A DNA stretch of 64,000 bases from Phoronis australis. Lineage: Eukaryota > Animalia > Phoronida. Where the stretch lies: the NCBI GenBank assembly GCA_002633005.1, contig NMRA01000177.1, forward strand, positions 511,942-575,941, read 5' to 3'. The translations under genes were made by a program, and so were the position numbers. Under the pieces are notes generated by a model that was given only the letters and a program-made list of their open reading frames with translations, was not told the DNA's origin and made no database searches. Of this stretch, positions 52,701-64,000 are shown piece by piece. The stretch's first letter is position 1. The number at the start of each line of letters is the position of its first letter.

Positions 52701-55065
52701 GAAGGTGACAACAGATGACAACGAATTTCGGACCTCTCCAACTACTGCTGTGCCCCCTAGTGGCAATTTCAATTTTTTTATGCTTACCTCTGTAGATTTG
52801 GAGGTCCTCAACGGATTTTCATAAAATTTGGCAGTTAGACATCTATTAGTGAGATGATGCTGTCCTTCCATTTTCGGACGGATTTGGGGAACTTTACGCT
52901 ACCTAGTGGCCATTTTTACTGTTTTCGAGTCTGTTTTTTGGCGTCCACCGTTCTGTCAACCAAACCGCTCTAGGTATGATTTTGAAAGTTGGCATATATG
53001 TTCTTACTGTGAAGAGGCCGGCTAACGATGATTTTCTGATGACTTGAAATACTATGGCGCCTCCTAGTGGCAGTTTTGTTTGTTTTTGCACCCATTGCTG
53101 TATCTCTTAAATGCTCTACAGGATCTTTATTGAATTTTGCTGGTGTATTCATATGAAGTTGACTACAGAGGATGACGACTTTCGGACGAATTGGGCTACC
53201 GGTGTGCCCTGTAGTGGCAATTTTAGTTTTTTGCGTTTACCTCTGTATCTTAAGGGATCGTCAATGGATTTTCATAAAATTTGGCAGTTAGGCATCTATT
53301 AATGAGGTGACGCTATCATCCGGTTTTCGGTAAAATTCGAGGCATTTTGCGCCACCTTGTGGCCATTTTTACTGTTTTCGAGTCTTGTTATTTGATGTCT
53401 GCCTTTCTGTCAACCAAACCACTCTAAGAATGGTTGTGGAAATTGGCATTTATGTTCCTAATGGAAAGAGGAAGTCTGACGATGATTTTCCAATGACTTT
53501 ATCTACTTTGATGCCTCTTTGTGGCAGTTATGTTTTTAGCGCTTATAGCCTCTTAGTGGCAATTTCATTTTTTCTTTTTCTGTTTTCTGAGAAGTTCCTT
53601 GACAGATTTTTATGAAATTTGGTAAATAGCTTTGGTGACACATACAAGTTCTCAGATGGATTCGACATATTTTGTGCCATCTGGTTGCAAATTTTTATGT
53701 TCCAAATAAACACCCCTAGAAGCACAACGTTAGCGGTGCATTCGTGCGCACATTTCAACGTTTTGAGTTGCTCTTGTAAAGTTAGCACGAATATCGAATA
53801 CAGTACAAGACAAAAGTAATCAAGTACAGTTCAAGACAAATGTAATCAAGTACATTACAAGACAAAAGTAATTGAACAAAATACCCTTCCATGTCATGAC
53901 AGGATAAATTTGGTTAACAGCAAAACTGACTGGTTATAACCGTTATGGGGGCAGAATTATGACTACAGAATGGTTAGTCTTTTCACTAACTTTCCTGTTA
54001 ATTCACTTCATTGAGGGTCAGGAGGGAAAACCAATGTGACAATGAATGGCTCCGCCCATCTGTCATGATGGGGAATTCCCTGTCATTTCGTTTGAATACT
54101 TTTGTTCAAAAAGATAGTATTAGAAACATTGGACAAGATTACGGTGAAATTGGCTGGTTTTCTGGATCTAGTCTGTCTGTATCTCTTAGCTGTTAAACCT
54201 TTACATTATGATTGCAGTACAGTCGACTTGCATTACAAGAAACCCCTGTGAATCTTGTCTGCAACATTTGTTGTAATTGAAAGTTGGCTTGACCCTGAAA
54301 GTTGTCATTTATAAAGCAATAATACATTTTCTAATTCCAAAGGTTAATTTAAATTTGTGATTTGGAAAATTCACATTCAGGCGCTCAGCAATGTGAAGTT
54401 GCGTCACACTCATGAGACAAAGGAGCATCGACGTCTGCTGGAGAAAAGTCAGCGTGTCGAAGCGATAGCGGCCTCGGTGGAGCAGTCGGGGGGTGACATG
54501 TCCCAGCGAGAGGAGATAGAGGAAATGATCACACCCCCAGAGAGGGTGCTACTAGCTAAAGTGAAACACATGTCCAACAAGTAAGTGATGCTAAGTTTCA
54601 AGAGTTTGACCATCAAAGTTCATTTGTAAAATGAAATTTTGCTTTTGAAACCATTTTTAGTTTTGTAGACGTGCTGTACTTGTCTTCACAGTGTTTGCTG
54701 TGAATGGAGGTTTCAGTTTGAAGCATAGAAGTATTGTTCATAGGGTGATTGTTGGGCGTAAGGTCTTCTTGCCTTATGAGCTCTAGCTGTTTGGAGATGT
54801 TGAACTGCCGTTTAACTGAAATTTCTGTATGAAAAATGGACCCAGGTTTTGAGGCATAAAATAGCATAAGCTAAGAAATTTCAAAATAATACTTGATTAC
54901 ATATTGAATCTAATGCTTTTTATTGAGAATGGAGTTCTGTGAACTCAACCAAGAAAGTTCTCTTAGCTATCTGAGTATTTTTTCAGGCTAGAACAAAGTG
55001 AAATTCAACTGGATGAGTCGGTGTTTGTGCTGCAGATGTACCTTGATTACGTATCTCCTCCGTGA
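42855..55065 (+). CDS. POLR3C: DNA-directed RNA polymerase III subunit RPC3 (RPC62)
   Basis: Exons: 42855-43001, 43151-43272, 44668-44801, 45405-45569, 46159-46244, 47617-47721, 48331-48423, 49146-49226, 49475-49526, 50131-50258, 50863-50946, 51436-51537, 54381-54580, 54987-55065. Peptides EHFGDVVEKVG, VKKSLCVLIQH, KSGDSGGGMY, ESVIQERFGS, AMIPAKEAKEMLY, PDHAPSRTFYL and RLLEKSQRVEAI match RPC3. Confidence 0.96.
43326..43805. mobile_element. MITE with CAGGGTGTTCCATCGAAACAG terminal inverted repeats and 5-bp TSD AGTTG
   Basis: TIRs at both ends; AGTTG at 43321-43325 and 43806-43810; internal duplicated palindromic halves. Confidence 0.88.
45718..45835 (+). mobile_element. Decayed tRNA-derived SINE
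   Basis: A-box-like GTGGCCTAGTGG, degenerate B box, then GCCTTGAGTCAGGTCTTTA. Confidence 0.4.
46580..47045. mobile_element. MITE with ~55-bp imperfect TIRs
   Basis: CCAAAGCCTCAAGATGGCGCTGATCG ... CGATCAGCGCCACCTTGAGGCTTGG. Confidence 0.75.
48543..48937. mobile_element. Tc1/mariner-like MITE whose right TIR is expanded to six 31-bp tandem copies
   Basis: TA|CAGTACGAGCCAAAAGTATTCAGACAAAA ... (TTTTGTCTGATTACTTTTGTCTTGCACTGTA)x6. Confidence 0.75.
49527..50130 (+). other. U12-type GT-AG intron in POLR3C
   Basis: 5' splice site |GTATCTTTT and branch site TCCTTAAC (TTTCTCCTTAACTTGTGACTAG|). Splicing restores the frame GGGMYSI-H-FERAA. Confidence 0.88.
49687..49770 (+). repeat. (GCA)28 pure trinucleotide microsatellite, intronic
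   Basis: Uninterrupted 84-bp run inside the POLR3C U12 intron. Confidence 0.97.
51954..52083. repeat. 22-bp minisatellite (TTGCCATGAAGTGTTATTTTAT), ~6 copies
   Basis: Direct tandem copies. Confidence 0.9.
52268..53765 (+). mobile_element. Second copy of the HINE/DINE-like element family
   Basis: Same 5' end (TTTTTATGTGCCCACATATTTATATGTGG...GTCCGGGCGTC) and same subrepeats as 10803-12030; 3' end approximate. Confidence 0.75.
53798..54110. mobile_element. Inverted second copy of the same Tc1-like MITE, with the TIR tandemly repeated three times
   Basis: (TACAGTACAAGACAAAAGTAATCAAG)x3; internal AACTTTCCTGTTAATTC is the reverse complement of ~48658-48674. Confidence 0.7.
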
Positions 55066-55858
55066 TCCCGTGAAGAGGCCTATCCCAGGAACTTCCTCAT
55101 CACGAGTCAGTGTTTGTTCTTCGGACATACTTCAACTTCATATTGCCTACATGACTGTGCGATCTGTGTAGAGGACTAACCCAGAGACCCCTATTGGACT
55201 GTTCGATTTTCGTTACTCAGATCTATCTCAACTCTGTATCACCTCTGTAATTGTGATCCGTGAAGAGGCCCATCCCAGAGACATGTATGGGCAGGAGTGA
55301 ATATTTGTTGTTCAGCTGTACCTGCACTAAGTATTGTCTCTGTTATTGTATAGCCTTTTCTGGGGCCTAACCTTGTGACCTCTATTGGACAGGTCACTGT
55401 TTGTTCTTCAGAGGTCAAGTCAGAAATTTGTTTTTAGATTACACACAACCTATTTTTAAAATACATAATTAAATCTCAATTGAGTAAAAGTGCAGTCTTT
55501 GAGAATAAACACACATGTGCTTGTTGCGGAGACAATTTCAATTAATTATTTCTCAATTGTGACACGCTCATAATTACTTGGCTAAACCTTTATTCTGCTA
55601 TTGTGATTTGGGAGCATCAGACCAAATCTATGTCTTTTAAAGTCTCGAGTCACTTTTCATAAAACAGACTCCTGATGTATCTCACCTTAGTATTGATCAT
55701 GTGATCTGTGAAGAAATCCAACTCGGTGACCTCTACAGAGTCGATGTTTGTTGTTTGGACATACCTCAACTATGTGATTGCACAACCTGTTTTTCGTAAG
55801 ACTGTGAACATGTTAGAAAATGACCCATTATAGTTAGTGAGGTCTTCCTCTGTCCCTC

Positions 55859-56037
55859 AATTGACCTATCACAAGCTCCGTCCCCTTGCGAAAAGTCGAC
55901 AAACAAACATTACGTTTTACCCGACAACGTGCTGTTTGTCAGGTAAAATGGCGAGTTGGAAACGAAGGTGTGTCAAGAATGCTGTGTTCCGATTGGTCAG
56001 TTAAGCCGCCACTCAAAATCCTGGCGATATGTCAATT
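55859..56037. mobile_element. Second copy of the AATTGACCTATCAC MITE
   Basis: Reverse-complement similarity to 31144-31322. Confidence 0.7.
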
Positions 56038-57537
56038 GCCATAAAAGTAGAGCATAATATAGCAAGAAGTATTTTATTGCATTTCCTGACCACATTACCA
56101 CAACCTTTCTAACTGACCTTAATTTTTACCACTAGTCAAAAATTATTATCACACATCTCTTTAATATAGAACACTTGCTCTACAAAATTCAAAATACTTT
56201 TCAATTCTCATTTAATACACTCCATCAGGTTGCTTTGGAATCAATCTGTTGAAATTCGTCACGACTGAAAATAAACATCAGTCTACCAATCAATGATCAT
56301 AAACTGTTGTCTGTATAAAAATTAGAACCTTTCTATCATAGCATAAAATGCCATATACATTAGTTGCCAAGCTGCCTTGAAATCAACAACTACAGAATTA
56401 ATGACGATTGACTGTAAATCCTCAGTAGACCCTTCACTCAGGAGCCTTAGCATTAGCACAGACTGCTCCACAACTCTAGAACCATTTTTATGACAATTGA
56501 CAATACTAGAAATTAAAAGCCACATTCTACATAAAATATTATTCAAAGTGTATAACTCTTGCATTAACATCCCCAAGGAGATTCGCCACGATCTGTTTAA
56601 AAGGTATTTTTTACAAGTTTTTGCGTTTCATGCCTCTTTAAGTTATATTTTCCAATTCGCAAATCAACTGTACTATATATGAGTGCACTTAATTTAAGTG
56701 AACTTCAATTACTTTTGAGAAGATTGTAAAAGAGGGTTTTGTTGTTTACTGTCCAGTACAAACTTCGCTCTTAAACTTCCATCCAGCCCAAAAAGAAATG
56801 CTGATTGAGTAACACAATCTCTTTAAAGACTATGTCCCATAGCTAACTTATGGTAATCCTTCACATAGAGTGCACTCTGTAGACCCCAAAATCTCACCAA
56901 GAAGCAAACTTTCATCAAAATCAAGAGTGAAAGTTGAGTGCTTTGCAAGTATACTGAAGACCTCATTACTGTAACAAAGCAAAATGGAAGCCAGTGATGG
57001 CGGAAGTGCTTGATGGAGAGGTTGGAATGTTTTAGTATGTCCCAGAATTCACCATTCCCGTAACAAAAGTGACCATTTCTTGCTGCGTGTGGCTAACGTC
57101 TACCTTTTACAATATGGTGGACAAATGTGAGTTTATTGTCAAATTTTCCACAAAAATAGAGATTACGGAATTTTAGTCAATATGTTGCTTTGTTTGTACA
57201 GCGTGAATGTTACAAAATAACACTTAGTAAAGTTGCCATGATTTACAACAAGGTAATCAGCTTTTGAAAAATCAAAAGACATAGGCTGATCCAAGGGGTC
57301 CAGGCACCTTTTTTAACTTGACTTTAGTGTTATCAAATCTAGAATTTACAAATTACTGACTTGGACCCCCCTTTTAAAAAAATCCTTGATCGGACCCCCT
57401 TTCAAAAAATCATAGATCAGCCCCTGAAACTTATTAACAAGTTTGTCAATAACTTATGTGTAAATGTAGAAAAAATACCATTGCAAATCCATCACTATAC
57501 TAAACACTTGCACTATTGTTGTCACAGATATTCAACT

Positions 57538-59530
57538 CTACTCAGACTCCTTTCGTCTGCGTTTCCTCTCCTCTTGCAATGCACCAAACACCCCATCCTT
57601 CCATTTTTCCTTCTTTGCCGACAATCGTGAAGCTCGTTTAGATCTAGGTCTTTGAGGCGTAACCTCCTTTTCATCTTCGCTGCCTGACGATCCGATCTGA
57701 CCCACGTGACCCGAAGACCTTCTTCCACCAGAGCGCATAACAACATCAGAGTCTTCGGACTCGGAATTAATACACAATGAAGTGTTTTTGGCTTTCTGAA
57801 CCACTACATCATCTTCATCGCTATCAAGATCCTTGCTCCTTTTCTCTGTTTCACATTTTGCTTCACATTTTGTTTCATGACTGTCTTTAAATTCTATTAC
57901 ATTATCGCCATCACTTTCTTCAAACTCTCTACCCATTTCTGACACAACAGATGGGGTGAGCGCACGCATCACCTCGTCATTATCAGAATCTGAGCCAATA
58001 CAGCCACAACTATTGGTCGTTGACTTACGCCTATAACGATTTAAACCACCGAAGGCATACGGGTCCCCGTTCTCCGACGAACTGTTTGAACACGATGTAT
58101 GCCTGAATACAACAACCCCACCCGGTTTGCATGATACAGGCCTGTCGTCATACTCAGTTTCGGAACCTGAAGCCAAAGCGCCACCTACTTTGTGGTGAGT
58201 GCTGCAATTTGCGTCTTCATCATCAATGTCAGATGATAGTGCCTGCGTAGGTGAATGTCCGGCTGAAATACCACTGGAGCTCAAACATTGTGGGTACTTA
58301 TCTGGTGATGTGCCTAAATCCAAAGCGGAATCATCAGCATCGTCACATCGGTTGGTTGCTGTTTTCACGACCATAGCCTGTGTATCGTCAGAACACGACA
58401 GATTGGCCACGCATGTTGCAAGTTTCTCATTGTTTCCACCATCTTGTTTGACACTACTTGTCTGCACGCTCACTTCCTGTTCGCTGTCGGAACCTGAGGA
58501 AGGTTTCTGGATACGCGAGAAACGTCGACGTTTGCGTTTCTTAACAGGTGGTTCACAACTGTCGGTCTCAAAGCTGCTGGCTGAATTATTATCCGACTGG
58601 CTACCCGAGGTGCTATCACCGTCGTTGATGAAATCTTCCACATCTGACCCACTATCATATACATCTACACTGTCGGCGTTGTACCGGTTAGTACTGAAAT
58701 ACCAAAGGGTCACAAATATCAGACACGAAAAACAGCAGGCAACAAATAATTCGTTAAGATCGTCAAAACAGGATTTAGTTAAAATTGCATGCTGATTTCT
58801 TGTTTTTTAACATTTTTAATTGGTTTTATAGAGTTTGGAGGTAAAACTGGACGAGACGTTTGACAAAGTTTTGATACTTTCCACAAAAACGTTTAGGTCA
58901 CTGGCATTTGATTGGCAAATGTTTCAGATTTCTCTATGAACAAAGTACCCAAATCAAAGATCAAAATTCGCTGTGATATATAACAAAAGTTTTGGTTTAA
59001 TCTTAAATTTAACTGCCTTTTGGGCCAAACCTGGTTACAGCAATTTTAAGCCTGATGTGAAGTCACAGAAAGTCCCAATTAGGCCAAATGGATGTTTTTT
59101 AAACCACACAAAGGTAAGCAAGACGAAAAATGCCACGATTTGCAAAGCAATGAGTAAAAAACAACAAAAAACATGTACCACATCATTTTTGCTCGTCCTG
59201 GGTGGATTTAATATTTGAAAAATTGAGCATTATAATTGAAAAATACTACACCATCAACTCAATTTTCAAAGAAGACAGACTAGCAAGTTTCTTTGGCCTT
59301 AGATACTCCTACATAAGACAATTTAGCAAACCAAAAAGGTGTTATGTGCCAACTTACACTCTTGTGAGGTTGCTGACTTTCTTTAAGGGTGAAATATCGC
59401 TCAGTCTGGCCCCACCCCCGGGGCTAATACTACTCCCAGTGGCTGCTAATCGCTCCTCCCTGCTAGGCATCTGAAACACATGACTTCGCTTCTTTTCAAG
59501 ACGACAGGATCTCCTGCCTCTATCGGCCAT
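57538..59530 (-). CDS. Uncharacterised acidic/Ser-rich low-complexity protein (~442 aa, two coding exons) with basic NLS-like tracts
   Basis: Exon 59530-59358 (tttgtag|ATG GCC GAT; donor GT|gtaagt) joins in frame to exon 58693-57538 (391-aa ORF; acceptor tttcag|T). Motifs PPVKKRKRRR, DSGSDVEDFIND, C-terminal ERKRRRKESE. No family recognised. Confidence 0.75.
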
Positions 59531-60137
59531 CTACAAAGAAATGATCCAGGAATCTAAACTAGTCAAAAGGATAGTGAACTATTTAACAGATAGTAACATT
59601 CACTAAAGTCTGACACGTTTCAAGATTGTGCAAACCTCGTCAACTTTCACCATATATTCGGAAAATTTCATGTAAACCCCGTTAAATTGACATGTGTGAC
59701 TAATACTTTGGGTGAGACATCAGACCGCTGTAGAGAAAGAGAGCATGCGTTGAGTCACAGACTGAGTTTGAGACATAGCAAGGCTCACCAGGTATCTGCC
59801 CAGAAGTGTAAAAACTCAGCTCGCATACGCTGGAAATTCCAAGTTGCATTTTGCGACTTGATACGAGCTGGCCAAAATCTCAGCTCGCATTTCCAAATTT
59901 CAGCCAAGGTCGCAAAGGTGACCTGCAGCTCATTATCTTCTTCTTCTTCTTGGTTAATGCAGCGACGTGTAACTACACTCTCTCCAGAGTATTATAACAG
60001 GTTTAAAAGGATATAGGGCGGCGGCCTAGGGCCTATAGCTATATACATAGTCATAGTGTTGTGAAGCGTGACTTCCAGTTGTCACGACAACGTACAGTCA
60101 GATAAAGCCTCTCTAAGCCGCTTGCCAAGTGGCAATT

Positions 60138-60210
60138 GCCTCTTGGCCGAACGGTTTAGATGCTTGAATGTCGCTCGTGCAACCCAGGTTCAAGTCCTGG
60201 TCATCGCGAA
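60138..60210 (+). mobile_element. tRNA-derived SINE head
   Basis: A-box TGGCCGAACGG and B-box GGTTCAAGTCC, without a complete cloverleaf. Confidence 0.55.
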
Positions 60211-62854
60211 ATTTTCTACAATAGTGCCACTATGACATAGTGGACGCCACTTCAGGGGTCGGTTAACAAAGCTAGATCGTCAACAAATAAGGCAGTCAGT
60301 AAGTAAGCGGGGGGTGCCCCAAACGGAGGCACCCCACTATGTTACTTCAGAAAGGCAGACAGCTTGCTCACAAATATATTAAGAGAAGGGACTGATGTAA
60401 TGCAGCCCGGCAAGGTATTCCAGTCCGCGTCTGTTCTACGAAAGAATGTTTTTTCCTGTAGTCTATCCTATTTATTGGAATAGTTATAATTGGATGACCC
60501 TCAGTTGGTCGAGCCATCAGTTGGTTTAAATGTCTTAGCTGCCCTCTCAGATACTATCAAACGAAAGAGGCACTGCCCAATACAAAGTCGGAAAGATTTA
60601 GTTTAATAGTATTATAGTCCGATTACCTCTCGTCGTCAGTCTCCAAAGGTCGTCCGCCATCTTGTTTCGCGTGCAGCGCTGCCACGCGGGACTTAGCGTT
60701 CCAATTTGGAACGCTCGTCTGCACGTTAGGTACTAACCTCTCGGGAGAAACACGCGTGGAAGAACTGAGACTAAAATTAATGCATTTACCGACTGTTTTT
60801 TTGAGACCACTTAAAAACTTGTTGATTTTACTAATGCACTTTTTTGTTCATTTTCAGAAGATATTTTCGAAATTAAATTTTCTTCAGACGGAACAAAAAG
60901 CAACCCAGGGATTGTTTATGCAATGTATCTATTTGTCCCAGGCACTAACCGACATCTGTTAGGCCAAAGGAAAAACGCAGCAGACAAATGGAACACGCTG
61001 GGTGCTTAACAGTTTCGGCCCACGCCTTGGTCATCAAAATATTGTTCACTTGTTTTTTTATTGCAAAACACAGTACTGAACTCAACATTTATGTTGAAAA
61101 TTTTGGTTAAAGCATTTTGAATTTATTTGAAGAAAATTAAAATACTTGAATTGATAGAGAATGGCCACCAATAAAGTAAAACATTGACTTTATTTCACTA
61201 TATTGCATTTGTTACATACAACACAGCATGACATAATCAAAAATAAAAGAAGAGATTGAGCAATAAAATTCAAATGCAACTTGGGTATTTATTTATTTAT
61301 TTATGAATGCAGAAGCCTGTTAAAGATGAGAAAAAATCAAACAATACAATTATGGGTAATTTATTAGAACAATTGTATCGAGGTTCAATGATCAACTTCC
61401 GCCTACCAAGTCTCAAAGGCTTACAGTTCTGTTTTGGCTGACAAGGTGTTAACAGAGAATGAAGAGAAACTGAAAAGAAAAAGAAGGACAGCAGAGATAA
61501 GTGATGTTAAGAACAACAAGAGCAAAAAGTCAAATAAAGAGGTCACAAATACAAAATAAGTAAGGTCTGCCTGGAATAAAACAATTGTGATTTATTTTCC
61601 AGAACTGAAATTCTAAATCAATTTTAATCGATTTAAAAATCGATATCATACCAGTAAAACAGTTTGTGGTTGAAGTAGAGTTGCTGTAAACCACTTTCCA
61701 CTATTTTCTTGGCCTTTTTCTGTGTGGTTTTCTGTCCTTTCAAAAGGCGGCAGCACATGACGACCATAGGTGTCATTATAAAATGGCTGCCGAAAAGCAA
61801 TGCACAGTTGAACAACTCGGCTTAAGTAAAAGAAAACGTTTGAATAAACGAATACTATATATTTGTGAGAGTTAAATCAAGTCCTATTCAGATCATAACT
61901 TTGAAGTGGAATAATTGGGTGAGTAAGACAACAAGCCGGTTTTATGCTTAGGCGGACGACTATAGGGTTTCGGAGTGTAATACGTATCTCTGACTGCTCG
62001 CCAATTTGGTCAATCATCACTCAGTCTCAGCCTCAGGTCAATAAACTCGTTGAAACAATCATGCAGCCTTTCAAAGAATCTGCACCAGAAATACATTCTC
62101 TCTCTTTCTCTTACCTGTGTAAAATATGAAAACCCTCGACAGCAGAGTTTTTAAATGCATGCACAATCGTTTATATGAACAACTAGGTCCACGCTGTTTT
62201 AGCTTACTAGCTTGTTGTTGACCGCTGGTTGATAAATGGGTCAAGAACAGGGGAAACAAACTGACCTAACTTCGACACCAGAGAGCGCTGACGAGCGCTG
62301 GCGGCTCGCTCAGTTCGGCACCGAGCCGCCCGGGCGCCGGTGTTACTGGCCGGGTTTGAGTTCACGAGTGCACAAGTGGTGTTTTAAAAATAGTCGTAGA
62401 GTGGAGGATTGAGAAAATTAATACTTTAACTTTACAAATTTGTGACCCAGTCTTCAAATTTTACTGTGTAGTTTCATTTCGTGTATTATCTTTTTTAATG
62501 GTGTCAGTACATTTTGTTCCAGGTAGTGGAACAACAAATTCCAACTCTGTATGTGACCACTTCAAGACCACCGCGATACTGACCCCTTTGAGATCGCTAT
62601 AAATGTTCCTTAGCGTTGTAGAACTTCGTTGTTACTGCCGCGAACAACATACAGTGCACAATTTAATTATGCAGGAAAGCATAGGGCAAACCAGCTAGTC
62701 CCTTATAAACTGCATGTGAGTGCTTCAACATTTAACTTCAGTAATATCTTAGTCAATTAAGTGCAGTTTAAATTCTTAATTACCACATTCTGTTGATGTC
62801 TGGAATTTGGAATAACTGGCAGTTCACAGCAGGTTTTTGAATACTAATTAAGTG

Positions 62855-63000
62855 CAGCGGCGGATTTGAGAAGGGGGCCATGGCCCCACCCCCCTAGTCT
62901 CCCAAATTCCATTTGACAGTTCGGGGGTGCTAATGTCTGACGGACAAAATCCTGGCTAATACTCTGCTCTGGCCCCCCTAACTACCAGGATCCGCTTCTG
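62855..63000. mobile_element. Small MITE-like element
   Basis: CAGCGGCGGAT...GGGGCCA / TGGCCCC...ATCCGCTTCTG imperfect terminal inverted repeats. Confidence 0.55.
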
Positions 63001-64000
63001 AAGTGGAAAGGAAGTAAGTTAATACCCTACTTTAATTGTTGAGACAAGTCTGATTTCATTGGCAAACTAACTATGCAGATAATATGCAGGAAATATGATA
63101 TGTTGATAAAATATGTGGATTTCCTTTCAAATCATTGTCTCAAACATAGTTTTTATTTTCCAATCTATTAAATGGCATGTCTCGTACTTGGACATTAAAA
63201 GCGTTTGGTCAATTAATTGTTTGTGAAAAGTGTTGTAGTATAAACTTGCTGATCACACACAGTTTTTCAATGTTAAAGGTACTTTATGATTTAGGACTAG
63301 CCAGTTTCAGAAAAGTGGTTTGCTAGTTATTTAGTTGCCGTTAAAACTCGTCATTTCATTTCGTATTCCGTATGCTGTGATAGTAAAGTTTGCCAGTTCT
63401 TTCAGACGATGTTCCGTAATGAAGAACATTTTCAAATCATCACTAATAGATCCCAGTTTCAAGTAAATGCATCTCAAATCCGTTAAAACATCGAAAAACT
63501 GACCCGATCGGTTTCTACTTCTCCTTGGTTACAAATAGATCACAATCTTTAAAAGTGGTCTATTTGTTCGTTGTTCATTTCTTGTTTTTTACAAATTTGC
63601 TGACTCATTATCCACAATACTACAATCTGTACTGGAGAACACGTTAACAAACGTGATTCTCTCGTGCAAGATGTTTCACGGTCCCTGCTTCACGTAACAG
63701 ATGTCCGTTACGTAAAGCGGAGACGTTTGAAGATTCGTGATGAATTTTGGGTACAATAGGCAAGAAGTGTACCCGAGTTGTCCCTGCTAACACTGCCTCC
63801 GGTTACAGTATTTGTCCCATTTTTTCTTTCACATTTGAGGTGTTTTGAAAAGTAGCAACAGGTGAAGGATTGGGGAAATTACTACTTGAACTTAACAAAA
63901 GTTGTAACTTAAACTCATTCTTTAGAGCTGTGAGCTGAAAGAGATTGTAGCGTCCCAGTTTTCGAATACACAATTCGTTTCTTTGTCCAATGCCACGCTT

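Noticed and set aside
58199-58795. 198-aa plus-strand ORF
   Set aside because: Antisense shadow of the low-complexity minus-strand exon.
60138-60210. Functional tRNA gene
   Set aside because: A and B boxes are present but there is no convincing acceptor or anticodon stem; it fits a SINE head better.

Overview
Eukaryotic, AT-rich, intron-rich animal genomic DNA; an invertebrate is inferred but the taxon cannot be fixed from the sequence alone. It holds four spliced protein-coding genes. (1) The 3' part of an ADAMTS7/12-type metalloprotease on + (82-19416; the last two exons recur at 20262-21815). (2) The cohesin-loader subunit MAU2 on - (42788-28209). (3) RNA polymerase III subunit POLR3C/RPC3 on + (42855-55065), head-to-head with MAU2 with only 66 bp between start codons. 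(4) An acidic, Ser-rich, probably disordered protein of ~442 aa on - (59530-57538). MAU2 and POLR3C each carry a U12-type (minor spliceosome) intron. The most unusual pattern: in three genes, decayed tandem arrays copy a coding boundary, four times the 3' splice site plus exon start and once the stop-codon region. Introns also contain MITEs, Helentron/DINE-like elements, tRNA-derived SINE remnants and minisatellites. Single-N assembly junctions (~6579, 12545, 19613, 40072) best explain three local duplications and an apparently missing ADAMTS exon. Exon coordinates were read by eye and may be off by a few bases.
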